From contig CADCCQ010000027.1 of NCBI GenBank assembly GCA_902799955.1, positions 7,240 to 71,239 of the forward strand: 64,000 bases of DNA, written 5' to 3'. Below the pieces are notes generated by a model. That model did no database searches. It was given only the letters and a program-made list of their open reading frames with translations, and was not told where the DNA came from. Each line of letters begins with the position of its first letter. The first letter of the stretch is position 1. Positions 15,888 through 26,024 of the stretch are shown here, piece after piece. Position numbers and translations under genes: made by a program. This DNA is from an uncultured bacterium. Its GTDB lineage: Bacteria > Verrucomicrobiota > Kiritimatiellia > RFP12 > UBA1067.

Positions 15888-18212
15888 ATGACCACTATCC
15901 ATTCACGGAAACTTTTTCTCATGCTCGCAGCTTCGCTGGGGTTGACCTCGGCGTACGCCCTCGAAACCGAGCAGTTCGTCTATTCGGTGGAGAACGGCGA
16001 GGCGAGAGTGACCGGTCTCACCGACGCCGGCAAGGCTGCGGAGATGCTATCCATACCCGAGAAGACGGTCGACGGCACCCCGGTGACCAGGATCTCCGGC
16101 TATGCGATGCGCGACGCGGCGTGCTACGGCATCACGATTCCGAATTCCGTGAGATATATCGCAGACTATACCTTTTATAGGTGTCCGAATCTCATTTACC
16201 TTGAGATTCCGCCGTCGGTCACGAATGACATCCCGACCGCGTTAGTTTACGACTGTCCGAATCTCGGCGAGGTCGCCTTCTGCCTCACGAACGAAACCTC
16301 CGCCGTGAAGATCGGCAACAATTGCCTGGGTGCGGTTCCGGCGCTCACGAACGTCGTGGTGCGCGGCAACGGCGCGATGACGCTCGGCTATTCCGCATTC
16401 TACGAGCTGGCGTCTATCCAGATGGCCACGCTCCAGGGCGTTGTGGAAATCGAGGGCTCGAGCTCTTCGGGCACCGGCGCGTTCAACGGCTGCGCGAATC
16501 TCGAGCAGGTGACGCTGATCGACTCGCCGCTTCGGAATATTGGCGCTCGCGCCTTCCTGAACTGTGCCGCGCTCGCGTCGTTCGCGATTCCCAGCACAGT
16601 CACGAACATCGGCGACTACGCCTTCAAAGGGTGCGCGGCGCTCAAATCGGCGACGCTTTCCGAGGGGTTGCTGTCGATGGGGCTTGAAAGCTTCGCCAAC
16701 TGTACGTCGCTCGGCGAGGCGACGCTGCCGGATTCGCTCCGCGAGATGGCGGGAAACTACGCCTATTCCTATGGCTATTTCGCGGGCTGCACGTCTATGA
16801 CGAATCTCGTGATCGGGAGCGGGATTCCCGTAGTGAAGAAGTTCTATCTGCCGTTCGCCAGCACGAACGCCTTCACCGTGACGGTGAACGGCTCGGGCGC
16901 GACCGTGATCGACTGCAACGCCTTCAAGAGCACGAAGGTGGGGAGCGTCGTCCTGAACGGCGTCGCGAGCATCGAGGGGACATCGTCCAGCAACGACGGC
17001 GCGTTCCTCGACTGCACGTCGCTCACGGAGGTCGTCTTCGGCGACGGACTCGCCGAGATCGGCGGTCAGGCCTTTAGGAGATGCAGCGCACTCAGGTCGG
17101 TCGCGCTCCCGAACACCGTCACCAACCTCGGGTCCTACGCGTTCAGCGGCTGCGCGTCGCTGAGGACGGCGACACTGAACGAGGGGCTTCGCACCATCGG
17201 TTTCTACGCCTTCAACAACTGCACGTCGCTGACGGAGATGACGCTCCCTGATTCGCTCGTCGCCACCGGCAACGAGAACGAAGGTGATGGCATTTTCGCG
17301 GGCTGCACGTCTATGACGAATCTCGTGATCGGGAGCGGAATCGCCGAAGTGACGCGGTTCTTCGTGCCGATCGCCAGCACGAACGCCTTTACCGTGACGG
17401 TGAACGGCTCGGGCGCGACCGTGATCGACTGCAACGCCTTCAAGGACACGAAGGTGGGGAGCGTCGTCCTGAACGGCGTCGCGAGCATCGAGGGGACAAT
17501 ATCGAGCGGCGCCGGCGCGTTCTGCGGCTGCACGTTGCTGACCAACATCGTCCTCGGCGCGGGGCTCGTCGAGGTCGGCGGCCGGGCGTTTACGGGATGC
17601 AGAGCACTCAAGTCGGTCGCGCTCCCGAACACCGTCACCGACCTCGGGTCCTACGCGTTCAGCGGCACTACGGCGCTCACGAACATCGTCTTCCAGGGCG
17701 AGACGGCGCCCGCCCTCGGCAACTGGGCTTTTAGCGGCACCTCCGCAGTCATCACCGTGCCTTTCGACGGCACGGGCTACGGCGTCGAGAACGGCGCGAC
17801 CGGCAACTGGGCGACGATCGCCGCGGAGAAGGTTCAATACACAGGCGGCGCGGAGAGCGGATATGGCGCATGGGCCGTCTCGGCCGGGATCGCCGGGAAG
17901 GGAACTGCGGCCAAGATGGGCGGATACGGGCTGGACGACAAGGTCGCGAACGCCTTCATCTACGCCTTTGGCGACGCGGCGACAAATGCGCCGCTGATGA
18001 CGATTTCCTTTGACGAGAACGGCAAGCCCGTCATCACGACGCCGTCGCTGGTCCGCACGGAAGGCATGACGGTGAAGCTGCTTTCTTCCGTCGATATCGG
18101 TGATTGGACGTCCGCCGGGGAATTCGAGATCAAGTCCGGTTCTGGTGGCAACATTGTCGCTTTCCCGTCCGAGACGTCGAGCCGCAAGTTCTACAAACTC
18201 GTGGCAGAGTAG
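15888..18212 (+). CDS. secreted BspA-type leucine-rich repeat (LRR_5) surface protein
   Basis: signal peptide; repeated IPxxVTxIGxxAFxxCxxL units; 516-bp internal duplication. Confidence 0.88.
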   Translation: MTTIHSRKLFLMLAASLGLTSAYALETEQFVYSVENGEARVTGLTDAGKAAEMLSIPEKTVDGTPVTRISGYAMRDAACYGITIPNSVRYIADYTFYRCPNLIYLEIPPSVTNDIPTALVYDCPNLGEVAFCLTNETSAVKIGNNCLGAVPALTNVVVRGNGAMTLGYSAFYELASIQMATLQGVVEIEGSSSSGTGAFNGCANLEQVTLIDSPLRNIGARAFLNCAALASFAIPSTVTNIGDYAFKGCAALKSATLSEGLLSMGLESFANCTSLGEATLPDSLREMAGNYAYSYGYFAGCTSMTNLVIGSGIPVVKKFYLPFASTNAFTVTVNGSGATVIDCNAFKSTKVGSVVLNGVASIEGTSSSNDGAFLDCTSLTEVVFGDGLAEIGGQAFRRCSALRSVALPNTVTNLGSYAFSGCASLRTATLNEGLRTIGFYAFNNCTSLTEMTLPDSLVATGNENEGDGIFAGCTSMTNLVIGSGIAEVTRFFVPIASTNAFTVTVNGSGATVIDCNAFKDTKVGSVVLNGVASIEGTISSGAGAFCGCTLLTNIVLGAGLVEVGGRAFTGCRALKSVALPNTVTDLGSYAFSGTTALTNIVFQGETAPALGNWAFSGTSAVITVPFDGTGYGVENGATGNWATIAAEKVQYTGGAESGYGAWAVSAGIAGKGTAAKMGGYGLDDKVANAFIYAFGDAATNAPLMTISFDENGKPVITTPSLVRTEGMTVKLLSSVDIGDWTSAGEFEIKSGSGGNIVAFPSETSSRKFYKLVAE

Positions 18213-18305
18213 TCTGGCCTAATGCCGCGCAACACCACGATCATGATCCATGCCATTCCACTAAATTCTTTGACGAATTTTTTTTGATTTTGTTCTCTAG
18301 CCGTA

Positions 18306-18334
18306 TTGACTAACGGCGTTTTTTTTGGTATTAT
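18306..18334 (+). promoter_or_regulatory. promoter for the tRNA pair
   Basis: TTGACT-N17-TATTAT ending 11 bp before tRNA-Ser. Confidence 0.7.
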
Positions 18335-18345
18335 ATATGTCTGTT

Positions 18346-18437
18346 GGAGAGATGGCAGAGCCTGGTTGAATGCACATGACTCGAAATCATGCATACCCGC
18401 AAGGGTATCGGGGGTTCGAATCCCTCTCTCTCCGCCA
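18346..18437 (+). tRNA. tRNA-Ser(CGA)
   Basis: GGAGAGA/TCTCTCC acceptor stem, CATGA-CTCGAAA-TCATG anticodon arm, long variable arm, GGTTCGAATCC, encoded CCA. Confidence 0.95.
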
Positions 18438-18449
18438 AGGGTGTTATAT

Positions 18450-18523
18450 GCGGGCGTAATTCAATGGCAGAATAGGAGCTTCCCAAGCTTCTTACGTGGG
18501 TTCGATTCCCATCGCCCGCTCCA
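18450..18523 (+). tRNA. tRNA-Gly(CCC)
   Basis: GCGGGCG/CGCCCGC acceptor stem, GGAGC-TTCCCAA-GCTTC anticodon arm, GGTTCGATTCC, TCCA end. Confidence 0.95.
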
Positions 18524-18566
18524 CTTGGCATTCCCATAAATATACGGCAAGCCGCTAGTGTATAAG

Positions 18567-21500
18567 CTATAGGTCAGGTGGGGCAGTGAAGGAAATGCCG
18601 ATGCGGTAGAAACGCCGGGCGCCGTCGCGCTGCTTGACGGCCGTTGGCCCGTCCATTGCCTCCCCGGCCGATGGCCAGTTCGATAGGTCGTCGGTCGAGT
18701 AGAGCGTGAACACCGTCTTGACCGTCGTCACGTCGGGCGCGTTCAAAAGGGCGTCGGCCACCGACACCACCACGCGCCCTTGCTCGTCGAAGCTGATTGT
18801 CGCCCGTACCTTCGCGTTGGGGTCGTATGTGCTCATTCCCAGCAGGTAGTTGATCCAGTTCGCGTATTCGTTCTCGCCGTTCTCGGAAAGGAAGTCCTGC
18901 CACGTCGCGCCGGGGTTGTTCTCCTCGTACATCCAGAAGTTCTGCTCGTCGAGCCAGTCGTCGAGCGCGGCGTCGTGCGTGATGTATGCCTCGGTTCCGG
19001 GTACGTCGAAGCGGTCTTTGGGCTTTACGATCAGTCCATTGGCGGTCTTGCAGAGTTCCCAGTTCGCGGCAAGCGCGGCGTTTGCGAAAGCGAAGGTGCC
19101 AGCAGGGGCCGGACTTCCGTCCGGCCACAGGACGAGCGTCTTTCCGCCGGAAGGCGAGACGCCACTGCCGAACGCGACGCTCACGGTGCCGCTGGAGAAG
19201 GAGAAGTTCGTGAGGCATGTGAGCACGGCGTCCGCAGAATCAAAGCGAAGCGTCGCGCCGCCCGTCAGCTTGACGCCCATCGCACCCGCGGAATGACAGC
19301 TGAGCGTCGCGTTCGCGCCTTTGACGAGCAATGTACCGGCGATCTCCACGCCGTGGTACGCGTACCATGTCGCATTCGCGCCAATCGCCGCCACTGCGCC
19401 GGACTTCACCGTAATCGAGGCCGACTGCGTCGGTAGGTCCTGCGTCGATGCCGTCGTGCCGAACACGACGCGACGCCCTTGCGCAACATTGCCGTTGTAC
19501 CATCCGTGCTGGACGTTTATGGAACCGGTGAAGTTCGTCGCCGTGTTGAAGACGTACCACTGCATCGGCTTGTCGAGGAACGTCATCGTGCCGTTGCCCT
19601 CCAGTGCGCCGAATATGGAGTAGTTGTTCGAATAGCCGTCCTTGATCGTCAGCGCCGAATCTCCGTCCAGCACAACCGTCCCCGCGAACGTCGCGTTGTT
19701 GTTCTTGAGATACGGTATCTTGCAGTTGGTGAACTGCACCTTGGACTGGGCGTTGCCGTATTTCTCCGCCTGGAAGTCCTTCGCGACGTTCTCGTTGTTG
19801 AAGTTCCTGAACGCGACAGTTCCACTCCATGTCTCGCTGGTCAGTCCGTATCCCTTCGTCGGAAGCGTCGCGTCGCAGACCAGCGTTCCCTCGCCCGTGA
19901 TCGTCTCGATGACTGAAGCGACATCCGAAAGGTTGGTGCTTGTCCCGTAGGGTATGTTGAGCACCGTCGAAACGGCATCGGCCAGGACAAGATCCTTCAG
20001 CCACACCGCGTCGTCGGCCTCCGGCGCGCCGTCCTTGTAGTCCCTTGGATTGTTCATCGCAAAGCGCTGCGAGAAGACGAACACGACCTCGTGGGTTCCA
20101 TCGGGGATGTCCACGTGCGCATCCGTCCAGCTGTTCGTACACTCCGTCTGCGCAAGGACGGGCGAATCGTCCAGGAGAACGTCGAAATGCGAATAGTTGT
20201 TGCCCGCGACGCTCGCGCCGCCGAAGTACGACTTGTGCTTGAAGCGCAGCGTCTTCGGACCCGTGATTGTCGCCCTGAGCGGAGTCGTGCACTGATACGT
20301 GTAAGTGGTCTGATTGAAGCTGCGGAGAACGCCGTTGCCGTCGGCAGACCACGGGTAGCGCACGCTCGTCTGCAACGTGGCACCATCCAGCGCCATGCCG
20401 TCAAGGGCAACGGCCGCGCCGTCCCGCCACTTGGCCACTTCGCCGCATGTCTCCCTCAAGACTCTGGCGTTGTCGTTGGTCGCGTCGCCAAGCGTAAAGC
20501 CGAACTCACTGGACGAGGTCGAGAAATACCAGGAGGCGTCGTTGTCCCCGCCGTATGCCATGATCGTGTGGCGCGTCACATTGCCATCCCTGAAGTAGTA
20601 GCCTCTTCCATACGGGAACGGGGAATTGATAATGCTCTGAGCCCGTGCGTGTCCGCACCCCATGTTGTGCGCGTTCTCGTGGATCATTGTATGCTGCTTG
20701 CCGGTGTCTACCGCCCGGATGCTGCACACGCTGAACGCGCATTCATGCTGGCTGGCCACATCGTTTGGCGAGTTGAGCGGTGAGCTGTTGCCCAGCGTGT
20801 TGCCGGACACGTCCACCAGCAGCGTCACCGTGTCCGCGCCATACAGCTCTCGCGCGGCGCGCAGGCTCACCGCCGCCCCCGCGCCCGCCGCGATCAAGGC
20901 AGGCGCCGTGTCAATGTTGTCGTACACGCCATCCACCTTGCACACGCCCGCGAGGCGGTACGAGTAGTACCTGTCCAGCCTGTTGGTGACGAGCACGTCG
21001 TTCATCTTGCCGATCTGCGTCTGGGCAAACGCCTCGAGCGTCAGGCCCTTGTTGGACACATACGCCTGCGCCCCGTTGTCGAACGCGACGAGGACATCGA
21101 CCGTCGGCTTCTCACCCGCGGCGACGACCTTTGCGTAGAGCGTGCCGTTTTCTTCTTCCACGGTCCATGCAAGGCCGCTGGCGAGCGCGGGCATGCCGTC
21201 CGTTTTGACGCCCGCGACGCCGGAGAGTCCGCCGGACGACGAAAGAACCGGATAGGAAGCGCCTTCGGATAACGCGCCAGCGCCTTCCAGGACAAGGTTC
21301 ACGCCGTCAAGTCCCACGGCGGCAGTGACGGCGAGCGGCGCGGTGGCCGTCGCCGGCAGCACAAGCGTCGCGCCGCTGTCAAGCGCCAGCGTCGGGACCT
21401 TCAGCGAACAGCCGCTTTTCACCTTCAGCGTCGCGCCGTCCGCAACGATCCAGCCGAGACCGTAAACCGTCGAGCCAGACGAAAAACCAACCTCAAGCGA

Positions 21501-24059
21501 ACCTCCCTCGATGTCGGTGACGCCGGAATGTTTCAACTCTCCGTTGGCTACAAGCGTTCCGCCGCCGCGTTTGATGATGCCCCAACCGGAAGTGTCGCTT
21601 CTGTTGTCCGTCTGCGTGCCTAGATTGAGTGTGAGCGTCTTCCCGGCGGATACATTCACTTCTGAATCGGAATCACGAATCAGCACATAGCCACCACCGG
21701 CGTTTTCGATTGAAGAGTCGTCGGTCACGAAGATGCCTGGGTTGCTCATCAAGTCGAATCGTTTGGCGTAGATCGTGCCGCCATTCAGGTAGAGCGTCCG
21801 CCGCAAATGCTCCATGTCGTTGAACGTCACGGTTCCACCCTGCTCCACGGTCAGCGAGGTGTTGTTCATTTCATAGCCAGTTCCGCCGCCCATGTTGAAC
21901 ACCAGCGCGCCGCCAGTGCCGACTTCGAGGCGGGTTCTGCCGATTACGCCCGCGCCGCCGTTGATCGCACCGGTAAAGACGACCGTGCCTTCGCCGACGC
22001 GGAACGTCGATGTGCCGGCGTACCAGCCGACGTTGTTGAGCTTTTCCAAGGTCTGCGTCTTGCCGACGCCGGGCGCGACGGTCAGCGTGCCGTAGGGGCC
22101 GATGTTGACCATGCCCGTGAATGTTCCGCCAGACGAATCGACTGACTGTCCGAACGGCGCATTGAACGCAAGCGCGCATCCCGTCATGTTCGTGAACGCC
22201 GTCGCGGAAAGCTGCACGGGCGCATTGAACGTCACGTCGCCCGCCGGCGCGAAGTTGGCGTCGGGGATCGTGATCTTTGCCCCGTCGTCGCCGCCATCAA
22301 ACGTGTACGCCGTCTCGCAGGCAGAAAACGCAACCGAACCGGGCGCAACCGCGCCCTTTACCGTCACGGTCGCGCACGAGACGCCGGCCAGGTCGCCAAA
22401 CATTACAGCGTCGCCGTTGCCGAAAAACTCGCCGCTCCACGGACGCACGGAGCTGTCGTTTTTGAGCCAAAGGCCGTTGCCATTTGCGTCGCCCGCCCAA
22501 ACGAGCCCGTCGTGCAGGGTTATGGATCGAATGGATTGCGCCTTGCCATCTACAACAGCACAAGCGGTAAGTGTTCTCGGACCGTTTACGAGGTACATGT
22601 ACACGTTTGTCCAAGAGCCGCAGTGAAAGGATTCTGCCGTTGGGATGGATCCGTCAAGTGTATAGTAGATTTCGGCCTCGGGATTCTCATTCGTCAACGT
22701 TACATTGTACGACCCGTAAAAGTACGCACCGTCCGGGATGTCCTTGCCGTTGTCGTCCACGAACCGCACGTCCCAGTCGTATGGCAGGACATGCTCGCGC
22801 AGCGAGGCGATGTCGGCATGGGTGAGCGTCAGTGTCCGCCTGTTGTCGTTGACGCCCGCCACGCCCAAGGCGCAGCCATACTCAGCTGGCGAGATGTCCG
22901 GCGCGGAAAAGTATGGAGCGGGATTGTAGTAGTTGTTGTCGTCACCCGTGTATGTGTAGGCCATGACCGTGCCGCGCCTCACGTTGTTGGTGTCGGTGAA
23001 ATGGTAGCCGCAGGAATCGGAATATCGTCCGGGGCCGGAATTGCTGCCTTGTCTGTTGCTGTGCCCGCAGCCCATGTTGTGTCCCGTTTCGTGGCTCATG
23101 GTGTAGCGGCTGTGAACCGTGTTGATGTCGCACACGTTGCAGGCGTAGTTCATGCTGTTGAAGAATTCGAGGGTCTTGCCGGCATTGCCGGAATACTCGA
23201 ATCCGATGCCGGAGGTGTTGCCGCTCGTGCGGTTGACGAGGAGCGTAATCGTGTCGGCGCCGCAATTGTCCCTCAGCTGCGAGAGCTTCGCGAAGCTGCC
23301 TTCGCGGGCACGCATGCTCAGCAGCAATTCATTGTTGATCGCCGACCACGTGCCGTCTATTTCCACGACTCCGGCCAGGCGATAGCAAAACTGGTCGTCG
23401 AGCTGCGAATTGGCAAGCACCGTGTTCATCTTGCCGACGGCATAGTCGGCGAAATCATCCATGTCGTCGAAACCAAGCTCCACGCACTTCGCCTTCGCGC
23501 CCTGGTCGAAGGCGACGAGGATGTCGACGATGCTCTTCTGCGCGGCGAGTTGGAAAGGCGTGCCAGCGGCCAAACGCAGTTTGGCCGTCGAGGCTTTTTG
23601 AGTCGTGGCGCCGATAGTTGGCGTGGGCTCGGGTAGAGGCAGACCCTCGCCGCAGGTGGCGCAGGAATCGGCGGGGGCGGAGGATGTATCGCGCACGGTG
23701 AACGACGCGTGGCCGTTCTTGATGCGGATGCCGAAGGCGCGGGCGTTGGAAAAGTCGTCGATGGAGATGCGCATCCCGCCACCGGAGAGCGGCTTTAGGA
23801 CTGCGGCGGCACCGGACGCCGCGTCGCGCGCAATGAAGGAAGGGCCTGCGATTCCGGCGGGCGGCGCGGCGGATATCAGGAGAGAAAACGCGATGCCGTC
23901 AGGCAGCGACACGGCAACGGTGTCGCCGACCTGAATGCCTGTCGGCGCGGCGACGGCGGAGCCGTTGCCCTGCGTCAGGTCGCAGGTGAAGGACGCGGCA
24001 GATGCGCGCATCGCGATGGAGAAGGCGGCGAAAGCCGAAAGCAAGGCATGTGTTTTCAT
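18567..24059 (-). CDS. large secreted protein with two metzincin (M12B/reprolysin-like) zinc-protease domains and autotransporter-type beta-strand repeats
   Basis: signal peptide; HETGHNMGCGH..TVMAY and HENAHNMGCGH..TIMAY; IYYTLDGSIPT (FN3-associated/chitobiase-like); IIKRGGGTL repeat; start 24059 or 24065. Confidence 0.85.
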   Translation of the reverse strand: MKTHALLSAFAAFSIAMRASAASFTCDLTQGNGSAVAAPTGIQVGDTVAVSLPDGIAFSLLISAAPPAGIAGPSFIARDAASGAAAVLKPLSGGGMRISIDDFSNARAFGIRIKNGHASFTVRDTSSAPADSCATCGEGLPLPEPTPTIGATTQKASTAKLRLAAGTPFQLAAQKSIVDILVAFDQGAKAKCVELGFDDMDDFADYAVGKMNTVLANSQLDDQFCYRLAGVVEIDGTWSAINNELLLSMRAREGSFAKLSQLRDNCGADTITLLVNRTSGNTSGIGFEYSGNAGKTLEFFNSMNYACNVCDINTVHSRYTMSHETGHNMGCGHSNRQGSNSGPGRYSDSCGYHFTDTNNVRRGTVMAYTYTGDDNNYYNPAPYFSAPDISPAEYGCALGVAGVNDNRRTLTLTHADIASLREHVLPYDWDVRFVDDNGKDIPDGAYFYGSYNVTLTNENPEAEIYYTLDGSIPTAESFHCGSWTNVYMYLVNGPRTLTACAVVDGKAQSIRSITLHDGLVWAGDANGNGLWLKNDSSVRPWSGEFFGNGDAVMFGDLAGVSCATVTVKGAVAPGSVAFSACETAYTFDGGDDGAKITIPDANFAPAGDVTFNAPVQLSATAFTNMTGCALAFNAPFGQSVDSSGGTFTGMVNIGPYGTLTVAPGVGKTQTLEKLNNVGWYAGTSTFRVGEGTVVFTGAINGGAGVIGRTRLEVGTGGALVFNMGGGTGYEMNNTSLTVEQGGTVTFNDMEHLRRTLYLNGGTIYAKRFDLMSNPGIFVTDDSSIENAGGGYVLIRDSDSEVNVSAGKTLTLNLGTQTDNRSDTSGWGIIKRGGGTLVANGELKHSGVTDIEGGSLEVGFSSGSTVYGLGWIVADGATLKVKSGCSLKVPTLALDSGATLVLPATATAPLAVTAAVGLDGVNLVLEGAGALSEGASYPVLSSSGGLSGVAGVKTDGMPALASGLAWTVEEENGTLYAKVVAAGEKPTVDVLVAFDNGAQAYVSNKGLTLEAFAQTQIGKMNDVLVTNRLDRYYSYRLAGVCKVDGVYDNIDTAPALIAAGAGAAVSLRAARELYGADTVTLLVDVSGNTLGNSSPLNSPNDVASQHECAFSVCSIRAVDTGKQHTMIHENAHNMGCGHARAQSIINSPFPYGRGYYFRDGNVTRHTIMAYGGDNDASWYFSTSSSEFGFTLGDATNDNARVLRETCGEVAKWRDGAAVALDGMALDGATLQTSVRYPWSADGNGVLRSFNQTTYTYQCTTPLRATITGPKTLRFKHKSYFGGASVAGNNYSHFDVLLDDSPVLAQTECTNSWTDAHVDIPDGTHEVVFVFSQRFAMNNPRDYKDGAPEADDAVWLKDLVLADAVSTVLNIPYGTSTNLSDVASVIETITGEGTLVCDATLPTKGYGLTSETWSGTVAFRNFNNENVAKDFQAEKYGNAQSKVQFTNCKIPYLKNNNATFAGTVVLDGDSALTIKDGYSNNYSIFGALEGNGTMTFLDKPMQWYVFNTATNFTGSINVQHGWYNGNVAQGRRVVFGTTASTQDLPTQSASITVKSGAVAAIGANATWYAYHGVEIAGTLLVKGANATLSCHSAGAMGVKLTGGATLRFDSADAVLTCLTNFSFSSGTVSVAFGSGVSPSGGKTLVLWPDGSPAPAGTFAFANAALAANWELCKTANGLIVKPKDRFDVPGTEAYITHDAALDDWLDEQNFWMYEENNPGATWQDFLSENGENEYANWINYLLGMSTYDPNAKVRATISFDEQGRVVVSVADALLNAPDVTTVKTVFTLYSTDDLSNWPSAGEAMDGPTAVKQRDGARRFYRIGISFTAPPDL

Positions 24060-24098
24060 GTGCATAGTATATCAAAATACGGAGGTTGAGAGAAGCCG

Positions 24099-25907
24099 TT
24101 ACTGTTTGGCGTTCAGACTCCAGGTCTTGCCGGGGGAGAGGAAGAAAAAACCGGGGATGCCGGCGACGTCGAGGCTGGCGTCCTCGAAATGCCCCTTGGT
24201 GGGTTTTTGCATCGTCACCTTCCATAGGCCGGACTGCGGGTTGCCGCTTACGACGGCGCGTTCCCAGATGGAGATGTTGTCGCTGTCCCATCTGCAGATG
24301 CCCTGCGGATCTGTGAGAGTGACACGCACGCGCTCCTCGCCTGCACCAGATGCGTAAAGCGCGAACTTCTCCGTCTTCGGCGGCACAGAGAGCCATAACG
24401 AACCGACGCTGTAGATGAAGCCCTGCGCGTGCGCGGTCGCGTCGATTGCCACCGGGGCGTCCGCCTCCGCAAGCCAGAACGCGACGCGGCCAACATCTAC
24501 GGACATCCGGTAGAAGCCCGGCGCGGGGGCGTTGAACGAGAACGCCGTTTCGTCAAAGCCCGGAAGAGGGATTTTCGCGATCTTCCTCCCCTGCGAGTCT
24601 GTGACGACGATTGGCTTGGCGCCGGGCTCGTAGCGCCCGACTCGCATCTGGCGGCCCTTGAAGCGGAGCGTGCGCGCTGCGTTCGCGTACACGATGTAGG
24701 TGGCGGTGTTGCGCACGTTGAGCGGCGAGAGACGGACGGGTTTTCCGGGCGCGTCGTCGAACACCTCTGCGCCCGCTAGGTCTGGGGCGGCGACGTGCGG
24801 GATGGGCGGCGTGGCGTCCGCCGACAGCGGCAGGTGTATCTTTCGCCAGGCCGCGTCCATCGGCGTGACGACTTCCTCGCCGACGGCGTTCGTGCTGACG
24901 ATGCGGCAGTTGTCGATGGAGACAAAAGTCGCGGAGTAGGGGTTTTCGCGGATGTTGATGGCGTGGCCGGATTCCGGATTGTCGAACGAGCAGTTGGAGA
25001 GGGCGAGCGTGGCGCGCACGCTGCGTCCGCGCCGGCTGTCCGTGGCGAAGAAGAACGCGCTGCGGTTGCCCAATGCAGTGCAGTTCTCGAAGCGGAGGTC
25101 GATGGGCTCGCTCGAGGCGTTGAGCTGTCCGGCCCAGGTGGCGTAGCCGGCGCCCTGGTTGCGGATGGCGCGGCAGTTGCGCATCACGCAGTTCTTCAGC
25201 ACCTCGGAGGGGTGGTTGGGCTCGAAGTCGATGCCTGCCGCCGGAGGCGTTCCGAACGTCCCGCGCATGACGGTGTTCTCGATGAGCAGGTTTTCGGCGG
25301 AGATCACGCTGATGCCCTGTCGGTGGTTGCGGTCGCAGAGGACGTCGCGGATCGTCACGTTCACGTTGCGGTGCGGCGCACCGTGGCAGCCGAGGTAGAT
25401 GCCGTCGCCGCCGGAGTCCGCGAGCGTGAGGCCCTCGACGAGCACGTTGCGGCAGCTGCGGATGCAGAGGGCGTGTCGCCATTCGGACTTCTCGTAGGGC
25501 GGCTTCATGTAGTCCTCGTGCCTCATTCGCAGCGTCGCGCCGTAGCCCACGATGTGGATGTTAGTGCAGCCGGCGAAGGTGAGAAGGCACGCGCCCTTCG
25601 GACGGAACTCGCCGGGCTTCGCCTGTATCTCGACGCCGGGCTCGAGGACGAGCTCCAGGTTCGACGCGCCCTTGAGCGGGGTGACGACCCAGGGCGAGGG
25701 CATCTTGTCGACTACGAGCCGCGCGACGCCGGACGTTAGCGCGGCCTGAAGCTGCGCGGTGGAGTCGGCGGGGTCGAAGCCCCACCACGAGGCGCGCGCC
25801 TCGGTGCAAGTTCCTGCGCGGACCTGCGCCACGAGGTCGGGACGTTCACCGGCTGATGCCGCCAACGCGCCTGCGATGGCGCACAGTTGAATGACGAGTC
25901 TTTTCAT
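24099..25907 (-). CDS. secreted right-handed parallel beta-helix protein (pectin-lyase fold)
   Basis: signal peptide MKRLVIQLCAIAGALAASA; DSTAQLQAAL, SGGDGIYL, NHRQGISVIS, AGIDFEPN. Confidence 0.8.
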   Translation of the reverse strand: MKRLVIQLCAIAGALAASAGERPDLVAQVRAGTCTEARASWWGFDPADSTAQLQAALTSGVARLVVDKMPSPWVVTPLKGASNLELVLEPGVEIQAKPGEFRPKGACLLTFAGCTNIHIVGYGATLRMRHEDYMKPPYEKSEWRHALCIRSCRNVLVEGLTLADSGGDGIYLGCHGAPHRNVNVTIRDVLCDRNHRQGISVISAENLLIENTVMRGTFGTPPAAGIDFEPNHPSEVLKNCVMRNCRAIRNQGAGYATWAGQLNASSEPIDLRFENCTALGNRSAFFFATDSRRGRSVRATLALSNCSFDNPESGHAINIRENPYSATFVSIDNCRIVSTNAVGEEVVTPMDAAWRKIHLPLSADATPPIPHVAAPDLAGAEVFDDAPGKPVRLSPLNVRNTATYIVYANAARTLRFKGRQMRVGRYEPGAKPIVVTDSQGRKIAKIPLPGFDETAFSFNAPAPGFYRMSVDVGRVAFWLAEADAPVAIDATAHAQGFIYSVGSLWLSVPPKTEKFALYASGAGEERVRVTLTDPQGICRWDSDNISIWERAVVSGNPQSGLWKVTMQKPTKGHFEDASLDVAGIPGFFFLSPGKTWSLNAKQ

Positions 25908-26024
25908 GATGCATACAGAATAGCACATTGGATTCGACAAGGCAAGGAATTATTGCTTTTTCTTCACGCACGTCTGGGCCTAATTGTGGTGCAATGCTCG
26001 CAAGTGCGCGTCCTGACGAAGGGG

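Noticed and set aside
18450-26000. Genomic island integrated at tRNA-Gly
   Set aside because: No integrase and no duplicate of the tRNA 3' end seen in the window
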